DNA from: Octopus vulgaris
Taxonomy: Eukaryota
Assembly: GCA_951406725.2 (NCBI GenBank)
Contig: OX597820.1
Location: 60,574,001-60,638,000, forward strand
Length of the DNA stretch: 64,000 nucleotides
Direction of reading: 5' to 3'
The position numbers and the translations under genes are program-made. How positions within the stretch are numbered: the first letter of the stretch is position 1; every line of letters starts with the position of its first letter. This document shows positions 1 to 12,599 of the stretch, piece by piece. The notes beneath the pieces are model-generated. The model had not been told where the DNA came from, made no database searches, and saw nothing but the letters and a program-made list of their open reading frames with translations.

Positions 1-134
1 GGGTAACCGGCCTTATAAGTACTTGAATTCAAGAAAATATAAATCAAAACACATCATTCACTGTGCACTTTTTAAAAGAAGATAGGATTTGATTTGAGGG
101 AGATCTGGTTGTTGTTTCTAGTAGTTAGAGCTCC

Positions 135-540
135 TCTCTTTTACTCTTTTACTTGTTTCAGTCATTTGACTGCGGCCATGCTGGAGCACCGCCTTTACTC
201 GAGCTAATCGACGCCAGGACTTATTCTTTCTAAGCCTAGTACTTATTCTATCGGTTTCTTTTGCCAACCACTAGTTACGTGGCCGTAAACACACCAGCAT
301 CGGTTGTCAAGCGATGTTGGGAGGACAAACACAGACGCACAAACATATGCACACACATAATACATACATATATACATATATACGACGGGCTTCTTTCAGT
401 TTCCGCCTACCAAATCCACCCACAAGGCTTTGGTCAGTCCGAGGCTATAGTAGAAGACACTTGCCCAAGGTACCACGCAGGTGGGACTGAACCCGGAACC
501 ATGTGTTTGATAAACACGCTACTTACCACACAGCCACTCC
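135..540 (-). mobile_element. tRNA-derived SINE family A, full length (tRNA head, CORE-like block, internal microsatellite, GTAAAAGA tail)
   Basis: Minus strand starts GGAGTGGCTGTGTGGTAAG (A box), then GGTTCAGTCCC (B box) and ACCTTGGGCAAGTGTCTTCTAC (CORE-like). About 20 copies or fragments in this window. Confidence 0.9.
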
Positions 541-745
541 TTGAAAAATACATGTAATAGACTAATTAATTATTGTTTCAATTTCTTTACAAAATCAACA
601 ATTTCTTGTAGGGAACATTGTAGAGTAGCAATAAGCGCCTACATAACTAACGTCATTGATTAATGTATGAATGTCCTACAGTCTCATTCTCACTCCTCTA
701 CAAGCATTAAAACCACCTTTTTTTATAAAGAAATTCAGTATGATA

Positions 746-1121
746 TCTTTATATAAAAAAGTGAAGTTGTGTGTCTGTCTCCTACGATTTAGATTCCTAA
801 CTACTCCCACATTTTGCGGTGCAGTTTAACCAAAACCGGGTATCTTATAGTCGTGATTCATATCGAGCCCTTCTGGGTATTAGCGGGCGTCTACGATGAG
901 TCTACGATCTAAAAAAAAAATTTACCATCATCTTTTTCCATTTTAATGCATTTTTTCGCTAAGGGAAGTAACTCTCTAAAAATGTCTACGATGAGTCAAC
1001 CTTCATTTTTTTTCCCATTTTTAATGCATTTTTTTGCTATTTTTTGGCTATAACTCTCTGAAAATGCTTATGTAGTTATTTCCCTTACAAACCCGAGCAA
1101 CGCCGGGCGATACTACTATAG
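746..1121 (+). mobile_element. Non-autonomous Helitron-type element
   Basis: Starts A|TCTTTATATAAAA followed by GTGTGTCTGTC. 3' hairpin CCCGAGCAACGCCGGG ~14 nt before a CTATAG|T end. Same architecture as 39096-39458. Confidence 0.65.
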
Positions 1122-2011
1122 TTCTAACTAAATTGGCAACAAAAAACATAACGTTTCTTCATTGTTCTATAACAGAGTATATGACACTACTCTTAAAAAA
1201 AATTTAACATTTATATTCATGACAGTCATATCTAAACTTATTTAAACAGCTTCATCGAAGAACTCACCTACCCAGCATGTTGGTAAAGATACATAAGCGT
1301 ACCACGCACACCACACGTACACATACACACATGCACGCATATACAATCATTCACATAAAACATACTGGCACAAACACATACTGGCACAAACACATAAATA
1401 CACTAAGAAATAAGTGCTTAGAAACTCTCCTACGCATCGTTCTTCAAGGCTTTGAATGCATCAACTGAAACAAAAGCCTCTTTCTTTTTCTTTTACACCA
1501 GTTCAGTTTACTGACAAGCCACCAACCTCCGGCTTGTCCAAATCATTTAATTTTGACAGGCAGTTAGGTGATAGGCGGGTATTTGTCAGAGACCCGTATT
1601 TGCTGTCATTTTTTTTCCTTACTGTTCGCCATCTATAGCAGTACCAAGGTCAGCAGTATTAGAAGAAAAAACAAGAGTGATCAGAAACAACACAGGCGGT
1701 GAAAGGTCATTCAGATTTGACATGCAGATTGGTGGGATTTATCTTTATTATATTTCGAATATTCTATTTTAATTTAAATGAAATCGCTTTTGATAATTAT
1801 TTTTCTCTTCCGTCGCTTAGTGGTTTGCCTTGCTACAATTGCGCTTCTTCATCAACTTTTGGTTCCTATTTCATTTAGTTTCGATTTTTCAGTATTTGGT
1901 TTGAAATCGTGTTGAGACGGATTTTGTTGTTCCACTGGAGAGTGATTATGCCAATGAGAAACACACGTACTGATTCAATTTCACTTCTTTTATTATTATT
2001 TTATTTATTTA

Positions 2012-2203
2012 TTTTATTCTTTGATTCCTTTGCTTGTTTCAGTCATTTGACTGCAGCCGTGCTGTAGTACTGTCTTTAGTCGAAAATATCGACTCCGGGA
2101 CTTATTCTTTGTAAGCCTACTACTTATTCTATCGGTGTCTTTTGCTGAACTGCTACCGTACGGGGACGTAAACATACTAGCATCGGTTGTTAAGCAGACA
2201 CAC

Positions 2204-2270
<67 letters not shown>

Positions 2271-2403
2271 CGACGTCTTCTTTCAGTTTCCGTCTACCAA
2301 ATCCACTCACAAGGCTTTGGTAGGCCCGAAGATATAGCAGAAGACACTTACCCGACGTGCCACGCAGTGGCACTGAACCCGGAACCATGTGGCTGGTAAG
2401 CAA
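2012..2403 (-). mobile_element. SINE family A
   Basis: Colinear with 135-540; internal (TA)n expanded. Confidence 0.9.
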
Positions 2404-2664
2404 ATTGATCTGGCTTAGATTTTTCCGACCATAAATGTTCAGTTACTTGAACACCTAAACGACTAGGGGCACTGAATTAACTAATTTATCATTAATGTAA
2501 TTCTCAGAGAGAATCAGAGTGACGCAGTGTGACAAAGTTAGGCCTCAAAATTACAGATAGAAACTATCCGAAGGGCTTGTGTACGTTTCCGTCAACCCAA
2601 TTTCACGAAATTACAAAAACAGTGAATTTATTCAGTTTCTTCATTGAATTCATAAGGGAATTTT

Positions 2665-3387
2665 GTTTTATTTTACTTATTTCAGTCATTTGACGGCGGC
2701 CATGCTGGAACACCAACTTTTAGTCGAAGAAATCGTTCAGGATTTATTCTTTGTGAGCCTAGTACTTATTCTATCGATTTCTTTGGCCGAATCTCTAAGT
2801 TACGGAGACGTAAACACAGCAACATCGGTTGTCAAGCGATGGTGGTGGGGACAAGCACAGACATACAAACACACACACACATATACTCTTCTACTGCTGT
2901 ACTTGTTTCAGTCATTTGACTGTGGCCATGCTGGAGCACCGCCTTTAGTCGAGCAAATCGACCCAAGGATGTATTCTTTGTCTCTTTTGCTGAACCGCTA
3001 AGTTACGGATACATAAACACACCAGCATCGGTTGTCAAGCGATGTTGGGGGGACAAACACAGACACACAAACATATACACACACATACATATACATATAT
3101 ACGACGGGCTTCTTTCAGTTTCCATCTACCAAATCTACTCACAAGGCTTTTGTTGGCCCGGGGCTATAGTAGAAGACACTTGCCCACGGTGTAACGCAGT
3201 GGGAGTGAACCCGGAACGATGTGGTTGGTAAGCAAGCTACTTAGCACACAGCCACTATCCGACGGGCTTCTTTCAGTTTCTGTCTATGAAATCCACTCAC
3301 AAGGCTTTGGTCGGCCCTAGGCTATAACAAAAGACACTTGCCCAAGGTGCCACGCAGTGGGACTGACACACAGCCATTCCTGCGCCT
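2665..3387 (-). mobile_element. Tandem cluster of SINE family A pieces (tail half, full copy, extra head)
   Basis: Repeated TTCAGTCATTTGAC tail motif (~2680, ~2905) and repeated CGACGGGCTTCTTTCAG head segment (~3102, ~3260). Confidence 0.85.
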
Positions 3388-4019
3388 GGAAAAGAAAACA
3401 CTTGTGTTTTATTTTTGGTCAAAGTTTACTTATCTCCACTTGCAAAGAAGAAAGAAAAAAAAAAAAAAACTGCTGTGGAGTAGTTTCCTCTCAAATACGA
3501 AAATAAACTGAATGATGAAAGAAAACAGATAAAGACGGAATGGTTGGAAGAAGAAAGAGAGAGATTGTAAAAATAACGAGTTTTAGTAAAACATTCAGTC
3601 AGTAAAAGTATTAATTGTATTGTCACCTATTTCGATCTATTGAAGCCGATTCCTTCTCCCACATGAACCTACTTATTTTTGAGACGGCGAAACTATTTTG
3701 CAAAAACTTTCAATCAATTCTGTTGTTTGAAAGGTAAATATATTAATTTCTACTTAGATATTTGATGGTATAGCAATAATTGTGAAATTGTAAATAAGAA
3801 AAAAGTTACGAAAATATACTTGATCGTAAATAAAAGTAATTCACTGAAAATTATCATTACCATTTTTTTTTATGTGTTAGGGGAAAATTTGGCTAAGATA
3901 TATTCTGTTTGGCTAAAATATTCTCTCTGTCAGTTATTAACACACACACACATTAACAAATGTAAGTGCTTTTACTCGACCTGCTAGAAATAGCAGCTAA
4001 GTCTCCTTCAAATCCCTTT

Positions 4020-4445
4020 TTACTAAAGGTCTGAAATTTGTTGGTGGGGGGGGACTAGTTGATTATATTGATCCTAGTGTTTCACTGGTACTTACTTTAT
4101 CGACCCTGAAAGGATAAAAAACAAAGTCGGCCTCGGTAGAATTTGAACCCAGAACGTAGCGACGGGCGAAATATCGATAAACATTTCGTCCAGATTTCTA
4201 ACGATTCTTATTTCTTTATTGCCCACGAGGGGCTAAACATAGAGGGGACAAACAAGGACAGACAAAGGAATTAGGTCAATTACATCGACCCCAGTGCGTA
4301 TGTAACTGGTACTTAATTTATCGACCCCGAAAGGATGAAAGGCAAAGTCGGCCTCGGTGGAATTTGAACCCAGAACGTAGCGACGGGCGAAATATCCATA
4401 AGCATTTCGCCCAGCGTTCTAACGATTCTGCCAGCTCGCTGCCTC
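4020..4445 (-). mobile_element. tRNA-derived SINE family B (Meta/MESC-like central domain), dimer
   Basis: Minus strand GGCGAGCTGGCAGAATCGTTAG...GGTTCAAATTCC...GCCTTTCATCCTTTCGGGGTCGATAAATTAAGTACCAG, with the unit present twice. Confidence 0.85.
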
Positions 4446-4869
4446 AAAAGTCTCCTTCAGATCAGCCAGAGGAAAGATAAACTTGACAAGGAACGTGATT
4501 TATGGAGAAGTCATCTAAGTAACTGTAAATATAGCTTAATGCATATTCTGGCCTAACAGAAGATGAACTGAGATAATTTTTAAATAAACGTCTTTAGTTA
4601 ACAGTATTAAAAGATTGTTAAGCTTCCGGAGAGAAAGACAACCTTGTTTAATGATTAATTTGCTTAAGTTGAAAAGCAACAAATATAGCATCTGTTTTTC
4701 TGACAATGAAAATAAAAATAAAGTTTAAATGTTTCTAAATCTTTGAAAGATCTTTTGTATTGTTAACTGAATGTGTATTATATTTAAGACTGCATATAAA
4801 ATAGACAAATAATTAGAATTTAAAACTTGGTCAGCAAAGCGATTGATAATGCAGGCTATTTAGTTTGCG

Positions 4870-5088
4870 TATTGGTTTCAAATTTTAGTTCAAAGCCAGC
4901 AATTTCGACGAAGGGGCTAAGTCGATTAAATCGACCCCAGCAATTGACTAGTACTTATTTCATCGACCACAGAGGGAAAAAAGGCTAAATCGATCACGGC
5001 GGAATTTGAACCCAGAATGTAACGACGGACGAAATGCTGCTAAACATTTAGCCCAGCGTGCTAACGATTCTGCCAGCTTGCCGCCTTA
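4870..5088 (-). mobile_element. SINE family B, diverged monomer
   Basis: Colinear similarity to the other family B copies. Confidence 0.75.
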
Positions 5089-5319
5089 GTATTTATTATC
5101 TTATATATTAAAAAATCATGAGGGTCATTTGAAACGTATGTCCGCCAATATTCCTCTTAACGACGCTGTTGTTTAAAATATGCATACAAAACCTATTCTA
5201 ATAACGTTTATTTTTCCCAAGCATTGCACAGCAAATTAGTTATGCATCACAGTAAAGATGTCAAGACCACGCGCCTGTCCATCAAAAAAGCAACAATTAC
5301 ACAATTACATATATAACGG

Positions 5320-5648
5320 TTGTGTGCGTGTGCGTGTGTGTGCGTGTGTGTGTGTGTGTGTGTATGTATATATGTATGTACACACATATAAACACACACA
5401 TACGCATGTATACACGCGCACACATAAATAGACGGATAGCGAGATGGAATTATTTACTGTTCTTAATGAAGGCTTAAATTGGTGGGAAACGTTTATTTGC
5501 TCCATTACTTCACATTAATATACGTTGTTTGTTTCCATTTCCATTATTACACACAACACACACGTACACACACACACACACACATACACACACACATACA
5601 CATACACATGTGATACTGACAGAAATGCCGTGCGTGCGCGTATACATG

Positions 5649-5707
<59 letters not shown>

Positions 5708-5842
5708 TCAGATATACAGATGTACGCGTGTGTGTACATACGTACATGTACACACACACTCAAGTGTGTGTTTATACATATGTGCATGTGTGTGTGTGTA
5801 TATATATATGTATGTATGTAAGTATGCATATATATACGTAAG

Positions 5843-5890
<48 letters not shown>

Positions 5891-6031
5891 GTATGATGTA
5901 TGCATGTATGTATGTATGTACATGTGTGCATCCATACAATCATACATACACACATATCTCTAATCTTATTCCTTGACAAGTAGTAAGTTCATAAGTACTA
6001 CTACTGTACTATTAACGTCAAAGAAGTATCT

Positions 6032-6090
<59 letters not shown>
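5320..6090. repeat. Compound microsatellite region (TG/CA/TA/TATG)
   Basis: Visible dinucleotide and tetranucleotide arrays. Confidence 0.95.
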
Positions 6091-6091
<1 letters not shown>

Positions 6092-6634
6092 TTATTTAAT
6101 TATTTATTCATTTAACAATTTGTTGTTGTTTTTGTAGGAAAATGCCCCCAGCCAATATCTGTAACACCGGAGGCGGCAGAGTGTGCTTGCGCAGAGCGGC
6201 TGCGAGTCGAACTTTCGACATTTCATACGCACACCACGTCACACGCGCGTGCTAGGTGTTACAGTTAGAAGAATAGCAGGCAAAGGATAGCGAGGTTGTA
6301 ATATCTCCAGATCTGCGGGTGACATACAAACCCAACACTGACGATACGTGTGTGATGGGCAGGTACTTATTATCGACATTGCATGCCACCGGCAGAATTC
6401 TTTCTCAGATGCAACTATAAGATAAATTACGGAGTTGTATTTAAAAATATATATGTATCAAAATAAAGTTTCTTTGGATATCTTCCTCCTACTGTATTCT
6501 CGATTTCTCTGGTTTCGTAATCTGTGTAACTGTGGTGTGGGTGTGTGTTTGTGTGTGTGTGTGTTTGTGTATGTGTGTGTCTGTGCGTGTGAGTGTGTGC
6601 GTGTGAGTGTGTGTGCATGTAATACACACACTTA

Positions 6635-6668
<34 letters not shown>

Positions 6669-6720
6669 AATATTAATATATGTATATGTATCTGAGTATA
6701 TGTATGTTTGTGTTTGTGCG

Positions 6721-6759
<39 letters not shown>

Positions 6760-7000
6760 TAAATTAGAGATAAAACCACTATTAGGCAAATCAAACAGTG
6801 AAAAACATAAGCCAAAATATAAAAATAAAAATAATTAATATAATTTACAAAATATATAAAATATAAAATTTTAAATTTAAATTATTTAAATTTTAAATTA
6901 TTAATTTATATTTATATTTATATTTAAAATTAAAAAAAATTTTTTTTTAAATTATATATAACTATCAAAAAGTATTAAAAAGTTTATTATAAGATAAGTA

Positions 7001-7101
7001 AAACCACTACGTACGTTTCATGGCCATAACCTAATTCGAATTACAATAATTTAAATTCAATTATAAATTCAAATTATGGTTATAGTCAATCTTCAGGTTA
7101 A
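7001..7101 (-). ncRNA. Type I hammerhead ribozyme-like motif with long stem II
   Basis: Minus strand: CUGAAGA (7096-7090), 70-nt hairpin (TGACTATAACC/GGTTATGGCCA; TAATTTGAATT/AATTCGAATTA), GAAA, palindromic CGUACG, then UA. Stem I pairing is weak. Confidence 0.55.
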
Positions 7102-7329
7102 TGATAATAGTTAAATAAATAAGCAAATATATTTAAACAATATTATTTAAGAAATAAATAAAATAATAATTTATTATAAAATAAAATGTATTATCAAATT
7201 AGAAACTTTAATGATTATGATTATGTGATACAATCCAATTATAATGTTAAATATTAATTTTTAAGGTAAGATAGATAGAAAATGCATTTATCTATATAAT
7301 ATGGCTTTAAAAAAGAATATATATATTCT

Positions 7330-7925
7330 CTTTTACGCTTTACTCTTTTACTTGTTTCAGTCATTTGACTGTGGCCTTTAGTCGAGCAAATCGACCCCGG
7401 GACTTATTGTTCGTAAGTCTAGTACTTACTCTATCGGTCTCTTTTACTGAACCTCTAAGTTACGGGTACGTAAACACACCAGCATCGGTTGTCAAGCGAT
7501 GTTGGGGGGACAAATACAGGCACACAAACATATACACACACATAATATATATACATATATACGACGGGCTTCTTTCAGTTTCCGTCTACCAAATCAACTT
7601 ATAATGCTTTTGACGGCCAGAGGCTATAGTAGATGACACTATGTGAGTGGATTTGGTAGACAGAAACTGAAAGAAGCCCGTTATATATATATATATATAT
7701 ATATATATGGATATATACGTATGTGTATGTATATGTTTGTGTGTCTGTGTTTGATAACTGATGCTGGTGTGTTTACGTCCCCGTAACTTAGCAGTTCGGC
7801 AAGAGAGACCGATAGACTAAGTACTAGGCTTACAAGGAAGTCCTGGGGTCGACCTATTCGACTGAAGGCGATGCTCCATCATGGCTGCAGTCACATGACT
7901 GAAACAAATAAAAGAATAAAAGGAT
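7330..7925. mobile_element. Two head-truncated SINE A copies fused as an inverted pair
   Basis: 7330-7640 is minus orientation and 7642-7925 plus orientation, directly abutting. Confidence 0.85.
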
Positions 7926-7959
7926 ATATTTGACACCAACTCATAATATCCCGTTATTT

Positions 7960-8245
7960 GTATTTGTATTTGTGTATAATTTCTCCGTTTTTTTCCTGTC
8001 CTTGTTTTTGGATATACTTACTGCTTTCTTCCAAGGAACCTAATGCTCTTACCTTAGTTTTTCCTTGGGGCTGGCCAGATTGGAGCAATCTTGAGTATAA
8101 CCAGTCGAAATTGCAAAGATAATCTGGAACTCGAATGACGAAAGAAAACTCCGAATGACCCGTCCTTGTTTTTTCTTATCCCCTTTTTGTATCGTCTGCC
8201 TGGATGTTTTGCGTTCTTGTCCCACTTTTTGTATTCTTGTGTGTG
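7960..8245. repeat. (TA)n-associated interspersed repeat, family X
   Basis: Similar to 51245-51500 (opposite strand) and 54381-54520: CCTTGGGRCTGGCCAGATYGGAGCAATCT...GAAATTGC...CGTTCTTGTCCCA. Confidence 0.7.
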
Positions 8246-8263
8246 TGTGTGTATATACATACA

Positions 8264-8311
<48 letters not shown>

Positions 8312-8337
8312 TGTATGTATATATATGTGTTGCTATA

Positions 8338-8368
<31 letters not shown>

Positions 8369-8527
8369 GTATATGTATATATATGTGTTGCCATATATAT
8401 ATATATATGTATATATATATCTATATATATACATATACACACATATATATACATATACATGTATATATATATACATATGTATATATGTGTGTGTGTGTGT
8501 ATGTATATACACACACACACTTATTAA

Positions 8528-8563
8528 TGTCTGACCAACGGGAACGTGAAACTCTGAGTAACA
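8528..8563 (+). ncRNA. Minimal type I hammerhead motif with mutated core (probably inactive)
   Basis: tgt-CUGACCA-acg(ggaa)cgt-GAAA-CUC(u)GAG-UA-aca. Stems I, II and III pair; G8 is replaced by C. Confidence 0.6.
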
Positions 8564-8844
8564 GTTTTTGTCATGTCTTTGCAGCTTTATTTATAAAGTA
8601 TATTACTCTACCTCCGGTATTCGAGTATTATTTTTTCCACCTTGTTTCACATTTATGTACTTACTCTAATGTACACACACACACACAAACACAAACACAC
8701 ACACATACATACATACACACACATACACACACAAACGCACACACACATACATACACACACATACACACGCACACACATGCACACACATATATATACATAT
8801 ACATACACATATACGCATTCACACATATACAAATTATCCATACA

Positions 8845-8943
<99 letters not shown>

Positions 8944-10726
8944 GAGAAATAATTTCAATAACATTGCTTTGATGCTGAGGAATATCAAGAAATTCTAGAG
9001 CGAACTGCTCATAGACACAGAATAAAACAGAATAAGATAAAATATAATAAAATAAAATAAAGCAAATAATAAAAACAAAACAGAACAAAACAATGAATTA
9101 TCTTGATTCTGCACGTGGGTATTACCATTGCGGGCATGTCAGTGACCGCTTCATGTCAACGAACGCTCTATGTCAAAGACGGTGTAGATCACAGTAATTA
9201 TCTATTTACCCATTGTTTCCCTTTCTCTTCTCCTTCCCACCATGCTCTGCACGCGACAATTCGCCTGTATTGTATGGTGCGGGTGTTATCTTAAATTTAA
9301 GAGCAGTCAAAACCTTTTTTTTTTTTTTCCTTATAGAACCCCACACATAAATTATCATTCCAGGGTATTGTTTGTCAAAAGCACATCATAACAGAAGATT
9401 CATAAGCCTTAGCTGGATAATCTAATGACTTTATAATAATCCAAAACAATGTAGGTAAATTTAACATGCTGGTGTTAGTAAGTCCTAGTTATTCCTGTTT
9501 GAGCTGACTAATGATTAAAGCGTTCCAGCATGATCATCGGCTTTTAGTCAAATATAATGCAACCTCGTACAAGTTGTGTTATAGCTTTATTCTTTCGCTT
9601 TTTAATTTTTTATGACGGTAGGGTGCGAGTATGAGGGAGATTTTGGGTGTTATGTATAGCAGGGAAAGCTACCGCCTAAAAGTTCCCTCGCTTTTTTAAA
9701 TATTAGTAGGGAAAGAAAACAGTGCCCAAGACCCTTTTTGAGGACGTCCAAGACTGGTGGGAGGGAGGGATAAAGAGATGGAAGGGTGGGGGGAAGGACT
9801 GTATCCTCAAACCGGAGACGTGCCCTTAATGCTTGTAAAAGTAGACTCCGCTAAAAGCACCCGAGCTGTAAAATGATGGCATTTGATGAGCGACAGATTA
9901 AATCTACCTCCAAAGTAGCCCATGGCAAGATTTGAACTCGGAATGCAAACAGCCGGAAGAAATACCACGAGGCGTTTTGTCTGATGATCTAACATATTTG
10001 CTAGTTCACCGCCCTTGGATTGGCACTTTTTTTTTTTTGTTATCGACGCGGAAAGACAAAGTTGGTCTTAGCGCGGGATTTGATCTCGGTGAACGGAGTG
10101 CCGAAACAAGTGACGTGAAGCGACTTTGCTAATTTGTTAGATCGTAACACTGGTAATTTATGCTGCTGTTGATATGAAAGTATACATAAAATGACATTGA
10201 GGTTCTTTGGGATTTTGGAGATAGAAAAAGAAATTAAATAAAAAAATCATGTATTAACAAGAAGAGAACCGTACATGAAGAAGGGATGATCATGGTTGGA
10301 TTATTTATAATAATCAGACTACTCAGTCAGAGATAATTTGGAACTAATCCCATAAACATAAAAACATAGCCGTCATGCTCAAGCGAGTGTGACCATGTAA
10401 CATGTATCATATTTGGTCGTGGTACTTTCCCATCCTCCACCCTGAGGAATATTCAGGATGTAGAATTTGAAGGAGAGGGCAGGCTCCACCAGCACACAGA
10501 TGATACTGAATCGAGTGGACAGGGGCAGCAAAAAATGAAGTGTCTTGTGCAAGGTTACAACACATCACCCAGTCCAAGAATCGAATCCATGATTTTATGA
10601 TCATGAGCTCAGCACCCTAACCACTTCGCCACATGCCTGCATTTTGAAAGGCAGCAAATTACTTATCAACTCAAAGCTTACGGTAGATTGTATAAATATC
10701 TCTGTTGGATTTTCGATTCTTATTAG

Positions 10727-11135
10727 CGGGAGTGGCTGTGTGGTAAGTAGCTTGCTTACGAACCACATGGTTCCGGGTTCAGTCCCACTGCGTGGTACCT
10801 TGGGCGCAGTGTCTTCTACTATAGCCTCAGGCCGACTAAAGCCTTGTGAGTGGATTTAGTAGACGGAAACTGAAAGAAGTACGTCGTATATATGTATATA
10901 TATATGTATGTGTGTGTATATGTTTGTGTGTCTGTGTTTGTCCTCCCAATATCGCTTGACAACCGATGGTGGTGTGTTTACGCCCCCGTAACTTAGCGGT
11001 TCGGCAAAAGAGACCGATAGAATAAGCACTAGGCTTACAAAGAATAAGTCCTGGGGTCGATTTGCTTGACTAAAAGCGGTGCTCCAGCATGGTCACAGTC
11101 ACATGACTGAAACAAGTAAAAGAGTAAAAGAGTAA
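10727..11135 (+). mobile_element. SINE family A, full length
   Basis: GGAGTGGCTGTGTGGTAAG through the GTAAAAGAGTAAAAGAG tail. Confidence 0.92.
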
Positions 11136-11394
11136 TATTGTTGTACGATTACCCATGCTGAGCTAAACTCAAAGTGTGAATATCTCCCTTTTTTTATATT
11201 CTTGTGTTTTATACTAAATATTTTCGGTCATACCGAAGTTGTGGAGGATTTGATGGAGGGCGGCTATAAGAAAGGATAGCAAAGCGGCTCATCATCTTGT
11301 TCATAGAATACGAAAATGAGGCCTTTTTCAAGGTAGTGTCCCTGTCTGAATCTTCTTCCAAGACACAACTTTTCTAGCAATCTTAACGTTATGT

Positions 11395-11887
<493 letters not shown>

Positions 11888-11932
11888 TATATGTTGTTCA
11901 TATTAAGCAACTATTTTGAAGTCCTGAAATAT

Positions 11933-12155
11933 ATTTCTTTATTGCCCACAAGGGGCTAAACACAGAGGGGACAAACAAGGATAGACAAACGGATTAGGTC
12001 GATTACATCGACCCCAATGCGTAACTGGTACTTAATTTATCGACCCCTAAAGGATGAAAGGCAAAGTCGGCCTCGGCGGAATTTGAACCCAGACCGTAAC
12101 GGCAGACGAAATACCGCTAAGCTTTTCGTCCGGCATGTTAACGATTCTGCCAGCT
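11933..12155 (-). mobile_element. SINE family B
   Basis: Colinear with the other B copies. Confidence 0.85.
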
Positions 12156-12361
12156 TAGAGATAGCGCAGGAGGTGTCAAATTATTAATGCTTAGCGGCAT
12201 CGCTCGTCTTTACGTTCTGCGTTGAAATTCCGCCGAAGTCGACTTGGCCTTTATGCTTGCGAGGTCGCTGAGCAATATGTATGTTTGTATGTATGTATGT
12301 ATGTATGTATGTATGTATGTATGTATGTATGTATGTATGTATGTATGTATGTATGTATGTA

Positions 12362-12461
<100 letters not shown>

Positions 12462-12599
12462 AGAGAGAAGAGACGCGTATGCGTGTGCGTCTATTGCAAT
12501 ATCTACCCAATGACAAGAGTACCAGCGCTGGTCCTGAAATCCAGGGCGACATTTGGCGGTTGCATAGATGTTGTGTGTTCCACGATTCCAATGAGGGCC

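Noticed and set aside
261-557. Recurrent peptide [18 protein letters not shown]...EDTCPRCH in many ORFs, resembling a gene family
   Set aside because: Antisense translation of SINE family A.
5305-8998. Many ORFs rich in YI, HT, CV or ER (also at 21.7-22.2, 24.2-24.7, 49.9-50.4 and 52.7-53.2 kb)
   Set aside because: Stop-free translations of dinucleotide and tetranucleotide microsatellites.
10727-10800. tRNA-like sequences at SINE heads (also 19819, 22597, 43884)
   Set aside because: A and B boxes are present but run into SINE bodies without a proper acceptor stem; not tRNA genes.
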